A DNA stretch of 36,973 bases from Tubiluchus corallicola (GCA_030141605.1 JAQGDQ010001512.1:1-36973), one strand, 5' to 3'; shown: positions 23,408 to 34,412, numbered from the stretch's first letter. Program-made: numbers and translations. The notes: generated by a model not told the origin, from the sequence alone.

Positions 23408-23618
23408 ATTATGATATTGTATTATAATAATGATAATTATATGATAATATAATAATGACAATTTCATAATGATAATAATGGTAATGATAATATAATAATG
23501 ACAATGTGATAATGATAAAAATGATAATGATAATATAATAATAATAATTATATGATAATATAATAATGACAATGTGATAATGATAATATAATAATGGTAA
23601 CACTTATGATAATAATGA
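23408..23618. repeat. Degenerate ATA/ATG low-complexity repeat with higher-order units
   Basis: GATAATATAATAATGACAAT recurs several times. Confidence 0.9.
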
Positions 23619-24105
23619 AAAAATCATGTTCACGAACCGCGAATAAGTGCGCATAACTTACACGTACAAAAATGACGACACCAACAATCTAAAGTCTCTG
23701 TGAATATGAGAATCTGTCAGCATTCTGACAAACAACAAGTAGAAGACGAAATTCATTTTTTGTCTTATTTCTTCTTCTACAATCGATTAAGCAAACATTT
23801 TTCTATTCTGATATAACAGTCATCAATAGCAATTTCGTTAACTTGAACGATAATGAAAAGCTAAAATTCGCAATGGGCGGAGCGTAACGACTGCAATATA
23901 ACCAAAATCGTCGCCCATTACATTTCTAAGTGTTTAAAAAAAGGAGTAAATAGTACTAACATGCAAATATTGATAATATTATTTATTATTTTTCATGATA
24001 CTGTAACTGTATCTATACTAAAATTATATTATTTGTTGTTTGTTCTTAGCACAAAACAGTAGCTTTAGCTCCTCTGCATGAAACGGTTCTGTACGTTTTC
24101 TTTAA

Positions 24106-24734
24106 AGCAAAACCAGACCCAATCTTAAGCTGTAAGTCAAAACAATATACTCTTTAAAATATTGAAAGGAAACGTACTATTTTTTTCAAAAATAAGTTAC
24201 GTGAAAGAATTATTACCAGACAAACACAATTTCGCGTTCGCGCCACTAGTTCTTCAATGATACAGGCATTTCGCCACTCGCTAGTTAGACGGGCACTAAC
24301 GCTTGCATTTCGGAAACATTGCATTGCACAAAAACAGGTGCTGTACCGCTCAGTTCAGATGTGTTCGTTTGTGACGAACTGCACACGTTCGACAGCTCAT
24401 GCGTGAGCATAGCGGTAAACTTCAAATTTGAATTTTTATCTTAAAACTCGCCTAGTTTTAGTACAACGCACCGAATATCTTACAGTAGCACTGTGCTTCA
24501 ATTTTCGCTTTCGCAAACACGCGCAACACGCTCGTGGAATATTTTTGCTGCTGAAAATTGTGTTAGCTTGTGATGTCATCAATAGTTGAGCTCGCCCGCC
24601 GTTAATTAAGCTTTTAATATACTATTTAATTATCAAAACGCATTTACAGCAATAATTGCGTTAAAATGTATACTTTTTATCAGATTTGAAAATAGGGTAA
24701 CTAGCGAAATGGCAAAAAATCATCTTGTCTTCCT
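24106..24734 (-). mobile_element. Kolobok-type family K1, full-length inverted copy (629 bp)
   Basis: TTAA|AGCAAAACCAGACCC ... CATCTTGTCTTCCT|TCAG (second TSD decayed); reverse complement aligns along 20347-20972. Confidence 0.85.
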
Positions 24735-27095
24735 TCAGAAGAATTCTACACACCTGCAGTGTAGGTGAGGATTAAGTTCCATTTTTTCTTGGCAACAAAC
24801 CTTAATCAGTGCTTAATTTTCTGTGTTTAAGATCGTGAACTTTCGGCCATGTTTTGAGTGCTTTGGCTGTTTTTCAGTTGATGATTAGCTTACGTTGTAT
24901 CGGCATTCAATTTTTTCCAATGTAAAATTTTTTCGACCATAGCTTAAAGACTACTAAAGCTATAAATATGTAAGTACGTAATACCGCGACTGTGAAATTC
25001 CAACTTTACAGGGCATTTTTTTTAATAATATTGTATTCAAAATTTCTGCGCAAAAACTTCAGCGCATTCTTCTACGACACCCCCCCTCCCCCCCACATTA
25101 TATTCTTAGCAGAAAAGAAACGTTATTTTATTTTCGATCGCTTTCGTGTTGTTATTCTGTTTTGATTACAAACGGCGCGTACCTAATACAAGAAGAGAAA
25201 GCGCCATTATGATTTAATTTTCACCTGCTGAGATGTTGATTGGCTGTTCAGAGCCAAAGGAAGCCACGAAATCACCGTAGACAAAACGATCATGATGAAT
25301 CACTTAATTATTGGCACACAGGTGCATAAGATGAAGCAAATAATTCCTTTTGAGCCCCAGTTGATGATCATAAACACTTCTTTTTAGACTGCCCCCGTTC
25401 ACACAATACTCGACTCATCGCTATTAATCCCTTTCTAATTGCAGTAAATAATAACATTAACATGAAACTATATGATGGCACTAATCAGTCACCGTCATTT
25501 AACAGAGTATTACACTAGCATCTATCAATTTTATCATGTTGAGCAAAAGATTTCAAAATATGTGAATACTTACATCGTATTAGAACATAATTTTGCACAT
25601 TGCTCCCCACATTATCAACTATATATTTAACAGGAAGTTAGCTTCTCGTCCGTATAAGGAACACATTTTTTTATTTTTTATTTATTTACCTATCTATTTT
25701 CTAATCTTCCATTTCGAGATGCATTCGTAATTGTGGAGCATAAATTGGTGGCATCAAATACCCAAGTATTCAGCTAAGGGCATTTTGTGCACTATAAAAC
25801 ACTATACAACCTTAATAATTCCGTAGAGCCTTATCTAGTCTGCCGATATCTGAGTATCATTAATCATCCACTTCATTGTCTCATCTATCATGTCCCTATA
25901 TCATCCGCCCCCAACTAATTTTCGTCATGTTTTCCTTGCACGTTTTACTTCCTCCTTTTTTGCCACCAGTATATGAAGTTATATCATATTTCTTAATGAT
26001 TTTTAATTGCTGTGAACTGTCTTCACGTGAGAGGCTCTTATACAGGTTCTTTTTTTACAAACCTATTACCCAGTCACTTATTATCGTTACACGATTTCAG
26101 CTGTTCATGTACGTATTGTTTCAATTTTCTGTGCACTAATAAATACAGTTTAAGCCAAACAATTTCTTATTTTGGACAAAAGCTACATCCTACATTTGAA
26201 AAAATAGTAAAATAATTTTTAAATTTATTTCCTATTTTATAAATAAAAGAGCATTACCATGATTACAGCAATAACTGCTGGTCTGCTATGTTAATCCCAC
26301 ACAGTAGCGTTCTCTTCAAATTGTTGCAGACTACATAGTCTAAGTCTAAGTCTAATAAACGTTTTACTAATTAAATGTACTTGTAATTAACTTGAATTAT
26401 TTTGAACTTTATAGCATTTGTCGCCAACATTGCAGAAGGCTTGGCCTTTTATCTAAATCAAATAAGTAAGCAAGTCTCATTCAGAATTTATTGAACGCGT
26501 TTTCTATTTTGATGTACAGTATATGTTAATCATTGAACTGTAAAAAATTTCTTAATTCTACTTTAGAAATTCGTTTAATTGCATTTCTTCGTGATTTTTG
26601 CACCTACAAGAGGTGGACTTGACGTTGTCACATGAGACGTCGTTTATAAAGTTTATCGTTTTAACATGTTTATCAATTTATTTTTTTAATAACATACTTT
26701 TATGCTTCGTTTTACTGTAATTGTAATAAGAAATAATTATGTTGCACGCATATTTACGCATCTTTGGATAAATTTGCTGTTAATTATATATGCCAAACGT
26801 TTTGCCACTACTAGGATACGTGAGTTTGGGTGTGTATGCGTACATTTCAATGTTGGATTTGAGCTGGACTTGACGTTGTCGATGTCGCTAAATTTTTTTC
26901 ATATATAATAATTTATATACTATATATAATAAAAATATAATTAACTCGTCCTCAACTCATTAATGCATACACATACATATATATATATATATATGTATAC
27001 ATATAAAAATACATTTAATAATATAATAAAAATGATCTTGTATATATATATATATATATATTTTTTTATTATATTATTAAATGTATATATATATA

Positions 27096-28078
27096 CCGTA
27101 AAACGGGGTGAGTTCGCCACTTTTTAGGGGTATTTTTTACGTTTCCTGCCATAGCAAGAGAATTACCCAACCGATTTTCTTAGTTCAAGCTTTATATTGC
27201 CTTTCGAATGAAACACTATCGTGGGGTGAATTCGCCACTAACAATTTAACACTGTTTAATGCCATTCTAGGCAGCTGAAGTTAACTGGTTGTGATTGGCT
27301 GGTTGGGGGTGAGTTCGCCACCCTATGAAAAAATTATGAAAAATGTCTAGTTTTAGCCGAATTATTGAAAATGTTCGATGGTGGGACGTTTTCAATAAGG
27401 GGCCCTACGTTGGCAAGGAAGGCTTGAACGTCTTGTGCACTGATCTTCGCGCGGGCGTCCTTGACGTTGCCAGCCACTCTGAAAACCAGATTGTTCCTTC
27501 GTGCGAATGATTTGACAAAGTCTATTCCAGGGGTGTTTGCCTTGAATCGTCGTTCCTGGATTCCCTTCACGTCGAGAACACTCTTAATCAGTAGTCGGAG
27601 ATCGATGGCAGTCATTGGGAACCCCCACTCAGCGGCCACTTGGAGTGTTGGCGATTTCGTGCTCCTCGGCGGCGGAGAACACTGGCTGACCTCCGGTCTT
27701 CCGCGGATGACTTCGTGAGAGTTTGTCAGAAAGGGACTTTCTTGGAACTCCGAATTGCCTCGCCGCTGCGCTGACTGTCCTGTTGGTATTCTTGACGGCA
27801 TGTAGGGCAGCTTCCAGAGCTTCTGGGGTATAATTTTGGTATCTATGACCCGGTACAGGGGTGCAGGTGCGTGGCATGTTAAGTAGCAAGAAATAGTAGA
27901 CAAATAATATGTAGTGCAGAATGGAATACTTCTAGTGCGAATTGAAAGAAGATAACTGTCGCAAACTGTTTATAATGACGGTGATCATGATATCTGTTCA
28001 TTAAACACTGAACAATAGTTACAGCAAACACTACAATGGCCATTACGTAGGGGGTGGCGAACTCACCCCGTTTTACGG
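27096..28078 (-). mobile_element. pogo/Tigger-like (Tc1/mariner group) DNA transposon, 983-bp internal-deletion derivative
   Basis: Perfect 25-bp TIRs CCGTAAAACGGGGTGAGTTCGCCAC (27096-27120, 28054-28078), TA on both sides, two extra copies of the TIR core at 27223-27238 and 27306-27321, transposase N-terminus inside. Confidence 0.95.
27334..27877 (-). pseudogene. Truncated, frameshifted transposase: psq-type HTH plus CENP-B/Tc5-type HTH, no DDE domain
   Basis: ATG 27877: MPRT...YTPEALEAALHAVK...SAAARQFGVPRKSLSDK...GGQPVFSAAEEHEIANT; frameshift near 27645; then LQVAAEWGFPM...PGIDFVKSFARRN...VPPSNIFN, ending where the catalytic xDET motif is expected. Confidence 0.9.
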
Positions 28079-28341
28079 TATATAATTAAATCAATCAAAG
28101 CGACAGACATGCATTTAATCAAAATTGTTAAACAGAGAAAAATCTAACCAAGCAGCCAGTGGAACACGTGCCTCTGTTTTGTAATATAAAATATATAAAT
28201 ATAAATATATAATTATAAAATATAAAATTACAAAATAAATTTTGTTGTAATATAATAAAAATATAATCACTTCGCCCTCAATTCATTCGTGTATCCATTT
28301 ATTTTTATAAGAATGTCAACTTACTTGTATTTATACCAAAG

Positions 28342-28482
28342 GTGTATTTATACCATCGTTTATATTAAAGGTATATTTATACTATCGTTTTTACTAAAGG
28401 TATACTTATACTATCGTTTATACTAAACGTATACTTATACTATCGTTTATACTAAACGTATACTTATACTGCTTATACTAAA
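28342..28482. repeat. 29-bp minisatellite, about 5 copies (GTATACTTATACTATCGTTTATACTAAAC)
   Basis: 29-bp periodicity seen directly. Confidence 0.9.
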
Positions 28483-30124
28483 CTAATAAACTAGTACAGT
28501 TTATACTAAACCAATATTTTATAATTAGCATTGCATGGTTTATTTGCTTGTGTAAGTTGATTATAGTATTTTTTGCTTTTACCACTTTTCCTGACGGCTT
28601 GAAATTTAGGTATACACTTTACAGCTTGACTTGATTACTCCAATTCTCCTGCATGATTTTGTCACATTTAAATTCATATAAGCACAATAACGTGTAATAA
28701 TAAGACTAGTAAATTTAATATTTCCACAAAATAAGCATGGCTTGACTTCATGACCTCTTTTAGTCTTTCAAAATCCTTTTTCCACATTTAAAGAATTACA
28801 TATACTTTGTGTTGTGTGATTTTTTTATGTACATTGTATTGTATGTTGTTTTGTGTTGTTTACACCAATTTAAACAACTTAATAATATTTTACTAATTTG
28901 CGATGTTTGTACATAATATTATGGAAATAAACTATATCTGAGTCTGAATCAGAAAAAATCTGAAAATCTGCTGAGGAGGATTGGTAGTATTTGCAACTGA
29001 GTGTGCGTGTGTGCGTGCGTGCGTGTATTATAATGTTACTGGAATGTATATAAAATAAAATTCGTTCTTGTGACAATGACCCATACATAGAACCCAGAGC
29101 CACGCCGTTTCAGTTGAGCTCCAGCCGGTTTATTTCTACGGCAGGCACAGCCAATAAGAAACTCCGCTTTAGTCGCGCCAGCCACTCAGTGATGGGAGTC
29201 GAGTTTGCCGTCATTTTTGCCGGCTGCGAAGATTTTCACTCTTGTGATAATCACGTGACACAGCAAATCACTTGTTGAAATATGACAAACGCATTGCGAA
29301 TTTGCGGCTTACTGTCCGTGTGCTGGCAGAGATACGAAAGTTTACAAATTTTAGAACAAGAAAGCTGGTCAATTCCATGTTAAATATACAAGTAGGCAAC
29401 TTAAGTCACACGTATGGGATCATTTTGGTTGATTCGTCGGTAATCAAAATAAGCCTCGCCAAGAGTTGGATTTAAATTATATTTGCAATAAATCCATTGC
29501 TTTTTTACAATAATAAAAAATGATCTCTAATGCATTATTTGAATTTGTGCATCAGCTTTTTTCTGTGTGTAAGCAACGCGGGTTATTTAAAAAATTTGTC
29601 TCCATAATTAACAGTTAATTAACAAAGTATCATTCATTTGTTGACAAAAATTCGTACTTTTAGCTCACTTAGCTGATTCTTTCTTTAAGCCAACTCAGCT
29701 GAAAACTCAGTCAACATCTGCTGAGCTAGCTGATTTTGCTTTCATTACTCGAAGCCAAATTATTACACGAGTATTTTTGCCAAGCAACGGCCAGAAAATT
29801 GGCAGCCATTCAAAAAAAGAGCGAAATTGGGAGTCGATTTTAAGACCCGTGAGCTTTCTAGCATGTTTACACTTCAAAATGTGAAAGTATGCATAGTTTC
29901 GCGTCTAACTTTCACATAATTGTATGTTAAATAGAACGTGTCACAGATGTAAATTTGATCAAATAATGATGTTAAAAGATGTCCGCCCCACAAATATTCA
30001 ATTCGATGAACTTTGAAACTATTAATAGTAGCCCTGAATTCCATGAAAAATACTAGATTTATTATGAGAAATAGGCAGACTGCATGAATACTTGCCGTTA
30101 TGAAAATTTGTTTCCTACAACGAA

Positions 30125-30580
30125 TACATTAAGCTTCAAACAGAAACACGGCACGGACACGAGCTTCTGCGTGGCTACAAAACCAGACATTGCCAAAAGT
30201 AGTTATGCCCACGTATGATTCATCGATGCATTAAAAGCTTTCGACTGCATAAACCATTGTAAATTTTCTGTAAACGTACTTGACAGTTGCCTGTTTTTAC
30301 ACTACGCTTGTTATTCTACTGGTAGATCACGGAGCTTCGTTAGTGTCAAATTTGTTTTTTGAAAAAATGTACTTATATCGTTACAACGACGTAGCTATCT
30401 CATTATAACTAGTACTACTTCGTTATAATGAGATACTACCACTATATAACGAGATACTAACTCGTTCTAACGATTTTCTTAAAAAATGACAATAGCGGAG
30501 CTCCGGGGTACACAAAACAGCACATTGGGTAATATTATTTCTTAGCCTTTTGCAGTTCCGAATTGTGGTAGACAGAAAAA
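30125..30580 (+). pseudogene. Decayed LINE reverse transcriptase fragment (probably CR1/L2 group) split by a MITE
   Basis: Pieces read SFKQKHGTD, V*FIDALKAFDCINH, LRLLFYWY, then the insert, then YTKQ and IS*PFAVPNCGRQ, in the order of the RT motifs GFK..HGT, FLD.SKAFD.V.H and V.NGVRQG. Confidence 0.8.
30325..30506. mobile_element. About 180-bp MITE with internal palindromic repeats
   Basis: Inverted ends CGGAGCTTCGTTAGTGTCA (30330-30348) versus 30487-30505 (16/19); GGTA duplicated at 30321-30324 and 30507-30510; internal roughly 21-bp units based on CTCGTTATAACGAG. Confidence 0.8.
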
Positions 30581-30653
30581 TATACTTCGAAATCAGTAAA
30601 CTATTATGTCTCGTATACCAAGAGTACGAAAGCGTATTAGGGGCATTGTATCC

Positions 30654-30761
30654 GATTATAAATTATAACCAATTTTTTTTACAATCTGATGATAAAAAAG
30701 TTGGTTATAACTAGATTTTTTTATATTCGGATCGCAAAAAATTTGGCTATAATTTATAATC
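30654..30761. repeat. 108-bp imperfect palindrome
   Basis: Left arm GATTATAAATTATAACCAATTTTTTT pairs with right arm AAAAAATTTGGCTATAATTTATAATC; centre GTTATAAC. Confidence 0.85.
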
Positions 30762-31138
30762 TATAACCAGATTCTTTTATAATAGGAGGCAAATTTTAAA
30801 CACTTATCAGCCAAAGAGAGCAACAGAGCGTTCTTTGATTATGAACTATATTACAAACGCCACTTCTAACAGGTTTCTTATAAAAGTCCGCGTGGAAAAA
30901 ATAGCTCAATTTTTTATCACACAGATATTATTCATTAAACGAATTACACCTATTTAAAAAGTAGTCAAAGTAAAACAAAATAGTGAGTTTGGAATTTTTT
31001 GCATATACATGTTTTTGCTAGCTCTGAAAAGAGTTGATTTGGTTTACTGGTTATTACCAGATTTTTTTTATAATTTTGTTATCATGGCCCTAATACGCTT
31101 TCGTACAAGAGAGAACAATAATCCGTTTCTTTTTATCC

Positions 31139-31313
31139 TTAGTGGTCGCTACGGTAGCTGGTTTGACCGTAGAGACCTCGAGAGTACGGTCTTGGTCTAG
31201 GTCTCGGTCTTGGTCTTGGTCTTGGTCTTGGTCTTGGTCTTGGCCTGGGAAAATATCCTCCATAGCGGTATATTGGTTTGCAGTTTCCATGGCAACCACC
31301 GCAATAATTCGGA
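31139..31313 (-). CDS. Cys/PR peptide exon 3
   Basis: TTTTACAG|T-PNYCGGCHGNC...(PR)10P...SDH-TAA. Confidence 0.9.
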
Positions 31314-34173
31314 CTGTAAAATATAACGAAGATATTAATTATATTCATGTATCAGAATTGCAGAGTTGTTAAGATGCTGGACTTGTAACCAAAAAATTTA
31401 AATTTCAAATTTACCGCTGTGCTCACGTATGTAGTTCATCACAAACTAACACATCTGAACTGAGAGGTACAGTACCGGTCTTTTGTGCAATGCGTTTCCG
31501 AAATACAGGCGCTAGTGCCCGTCTAACTAGCGAATGGCGAAATGCATGTAACAGTGAAGAACTAGTGGCGCCAACGTGAAATTGTGTTTGCGTGATAGTA
31601 ATTCTTTCACGTAAGTCTTTTTTTGACAAAATAGTACGTTTCCTTCCAATATTTGAAAGAGTAGATTGTTTTGACCTACAGTTTAAGATTGGGTCTAGTT
31701 TTGCTTTAGCTGATAATAACTGTTAACTTAACCCCTTGAAACTACAAATACGTAAACTCAAATTTTGTTATCATTTGAACCAAATGAAGTCTCCCAGTAA
31801 CATTACTTGTGTACTGAAATTCGGAGTTTGAAATAGTTTAAGCAGCGCGCGCTTACGGAAAGCCACGACGAGCTTACGAAAATTCACGAAGTTACCCAGT
31901 TACGTCATGTTTTTCAAGTGAATCAGAGGTAGGATATTTTAAATTTATGTTTTACAGGCGGTTCCTTGCAAATTTCTTTCTAAGTTTAAGTGATAACAGT
32001 AAAATAAACCCAACATACTGGTTGACTTGTTCTTTACTTGTAATTATTAGATGCATACTATTTTATCTGAAGGTGAGATAAATTCAGGTACGGTTTCACT
32101 TTCCTGTCAACTTTTGCTCACTTTTTGCAGTTCTTTTTCGCCTCAAAAAATAACGGGACATTACAAAGTCTCGCACCTAAAGCAAGTTAAAGGAAAACCG
32201 GACACAATCTTAAACTATAGCTCAAAACAATCTAGCGCGTAAAATATTGAAAGGGACCATTTTTTTTAAAGAATGAGTTACGTGAAAGAATTATTACAAA
32301 AATAACCTAATTTCGCGCTCATACGGCTCATAGTCAGGTGGGCACTAGTGCCTGCATCTCCGCAACTCGTTGCACAAGAAACAGCCACTGTACCGCTCAA
32401 TAAGTTCAGTTGTGGTTCAGTTGTGATGTGGTGCACAGTGAGCGCAGCGGTAAACTTGAAATTCACATTTTTAAACTTAAAATTTGCATAATCTTTGTGA
32501 ATCACACTGTACTACTGTAGTACTTCAATGCTTGCTTTCAAAACACGTGATTTTCAAAATTATGTTCATTTGTGATGTCATCACTAACATTAGCCATTGG
32601 ACGATACTACTAATAATAAAAAAATCACCTATTATTTAAGTATCAAAATTGGCACTATTATAAGTGTTAAAATGTATACTTTTTAACCGTATTTCAAAAT
32701 GGAGTAGGATATGAAAAATCATCCTGTTGTTTTTGGTAACATTAGTCTGGCTGATATTTGGCCGGAAAACATGGGATTAAAATTTTCCTTTATTTTCTTA
32801 GTCTGCTTTATTTAAGCATAAGTAAACGTTGCACAACATCACTTGCAAATACTATATAAAATTATTACATAGAATATAAACACTTACATGCATTTATATC
32901 CGTATGCGCACTTTTTGTATTGGCAAGGATTTACTAGGCAATAGACCCGTTTGCACCCAGGATAGGTGCGATGCTGTGGAGCATAAGATCTTCCACTAGT
33001 ATGAGTTGCTCTGCTTTTGCCATAGTACGTCTGCGCATCTTCAAATAAAGTCATAATTGTTGCGTGAGAATTTGCGGAGGACCATAGAAAAGCATGTACA
33101 TGTCTCACGTGTTTCCGTAGGGTCTTTAGAAAGGGCAGAAGCTGCATGGCAGAAGTAAAAGAGTAAAACGCTTGTACTTCATAGGTTCATAATAGGTAGA
33201 TGGATGAATAGAAAGATGGATGGATGCATGGATATATGCATGGGTGGAAGGATGGATGGATGGATGGATTGAAGGCTGGAAAGATGTATGTATGTATGTA
33301 TGTATGTATGTATGTATGTATGTATGTATGTATGTATGTATGTATGTATGTATGTATGTATGTATGTATGTATGTATGTATGTATGTATGTATGTATGTA
33401 TGTATGTATGTATGTATGTATGTATGTATGTATTTATGTATGTATGTATGTATGTACGTATGTATGTATGTATGGAAGGATGGATGGATGGATGGAGACG
33501 GACGGACGCACGGGTGGGGATAGATGGATGGGTGGACAGACGGACAAACAGACAAAAAGCTCGAAATAAACATTTTAAACAACTGCCCCCCCCCCCCCCA
33601 AGGAAGCTCTAAATATTTCGATGCATAATGCTGTGTGTTCAATAAGCTTGTTAAAGATGTCCAGACAGAGAAAAATAGAGTTTCAATTAGTCAAGACAAC
33701 TTTCCCAAGTTTCTGAAAACAAAACACTAAAACTAAAACAGTTTACACGCACAAACTCCCTACCAACATTATTCTCACCGAATTGCTCATTCTGAATAAT
33801 TTTCATGTTCACCAAAGACTAATAACCTCCAAATTACAAAAAACAACAGAAAACAGACATGCAGATGCGAATGACTATGATGACGAGAGTGATGCCGAAG
33901 TGACGACGACGACAATTGTGATGAGAATGGTGATAATGTTAGTGATGATCAGTGATTATGATAATAACCTTGGCGGCCTCTACCATTCCTACTCGACTGA
34001 ACAACAGAGTCTTATTTATAAAAGCTAAGATAAAGATTTTAAAAAGTGCTTTCGTTATATATAACAGATTATTTTTACGTCACAGAAAGTAAGTTAAATT
34101 ACTTACAAACTTCACAGCTGAACAAAATGACAGCTAAGACGAACAGCACGACAAGTAAACGTTTCTCCTCCAT
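31139..34173 (-). CDS. Secreted cationic Cys-rich / (Pro-Arg)10 peptide precursor, 3 exons, 130 aa (candidate antimicrobial or adhesive peptide)
   Basis: join(34173-34107, 33038-32888, 31313-31139), GT-AG introns with compatible phases 1 and 2. Protein: MEEKRLLVVLFVLAVILFSCEVYA/QTYYGKSRATHTSGRSYAPQHRTYPGCKRVYCLVNPCQYKKCAYGYKCIPNYCGGCHGNCKPIYRYGGYF(PR)10PYSRGLYGQTSYRSDH. Function is inference. Confidence 0.88.
31391..31705 (+). mobile_element. Kolobok-type family K1, 5'-truncated copy in intron 2 of the peptide gene
   Basis: Aligns with about 20643-20972 (CTGTGCTCACGTATG...GAACTGAGAGGTACAG...GTTTAAGATTGGGT...GTTTTGCT). Confidence 0.85.
32191..32733 (-). mobile_element. Kolobok-type family K1, diverged inverted copy in intron 2 of the peptide gene
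   Basis: TTAA|AGGAAAACCGGACACAATCTTAAACT; aligns with 24106-24730 with deletions. Confidence 0.8.
32888..33038 (-). CDS. Cys/PR peptide exon 2
   Basis: TTTATTTGAAG|AT-AQTYYG...CAYGYKC-AT|GTAAGT; this acceptor restores frame with exon 1 and creates a V-Y-A|Q signal cleavage site. Confidence 0.85.
33195..33555. repeat. Compound (GGAT)/(GTAT)n/(GGAC) microsatellite in intron 1
   Basis: Direct reading. Confidence 0.97.
34107..34173 (-). CDS. Cys/PR peptide exon 1 (signal peptide)
   Basis: AAAATGG context; MEEKRLLVVLFVLAVILFSCEV-T|GTAAGT. Confidence 0.88.
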
Positions 34174-34404
34174 TTTCAAATCTCTCCTTTAAGTTAAAGA
34201 AAACTAGTCTTGTTTTTTATTTTATGTTATTGGAGTCGTAAGACATCTCACACACTCTTTCGCCAAAACGCACGACAAAACCCGTTTTAAGACCTGGGCA
34301 ACAAATAGGTCACATGTCAGCAGCGAGGTTTTTGATAAATCGGCCAGATTTTGGCAGCTCTGCGACGTGACAAATGCCAGAAATGTTCCCTCTTTACTAT
34401 CACC

Positions 34405-34412
34405 CTTTTATA
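34405..34412 (-). promoter_or_regulatory. Candidate TATA box TATAAAAG of the peptide gene
   Basis: Canonical motif about 235 nt upstream of ATG 34173. Confidence 0.5.

Noticed and set aside
26925-28294. 44-bp direct similarity (36/44) at 26925 and 28251 on either side of the pogo element
   Set aside because: Not adjacent to the TIRs and partly low-complexity, so not a TSD; at most an old local duplication.
31250-31267. R-YGGYF resembling the opioid YGGF motif
   Set aside because: The fourth residue is Tyr and there are no flanking dibasic sites; coincidental in a Tyr/Gly-rich peptide.
31090-31372. DQ-repeat (minus) and WS-repeat (plus) ORFs
   Set aside because: Only the PR frame is in phase with the upstream exon and completes the Cys pattern; its repeat variants are silent.
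33187-33642. HTYI and MYVC repeat ORFs
   Set aside because: (GTAT)n intronic microsatellite.
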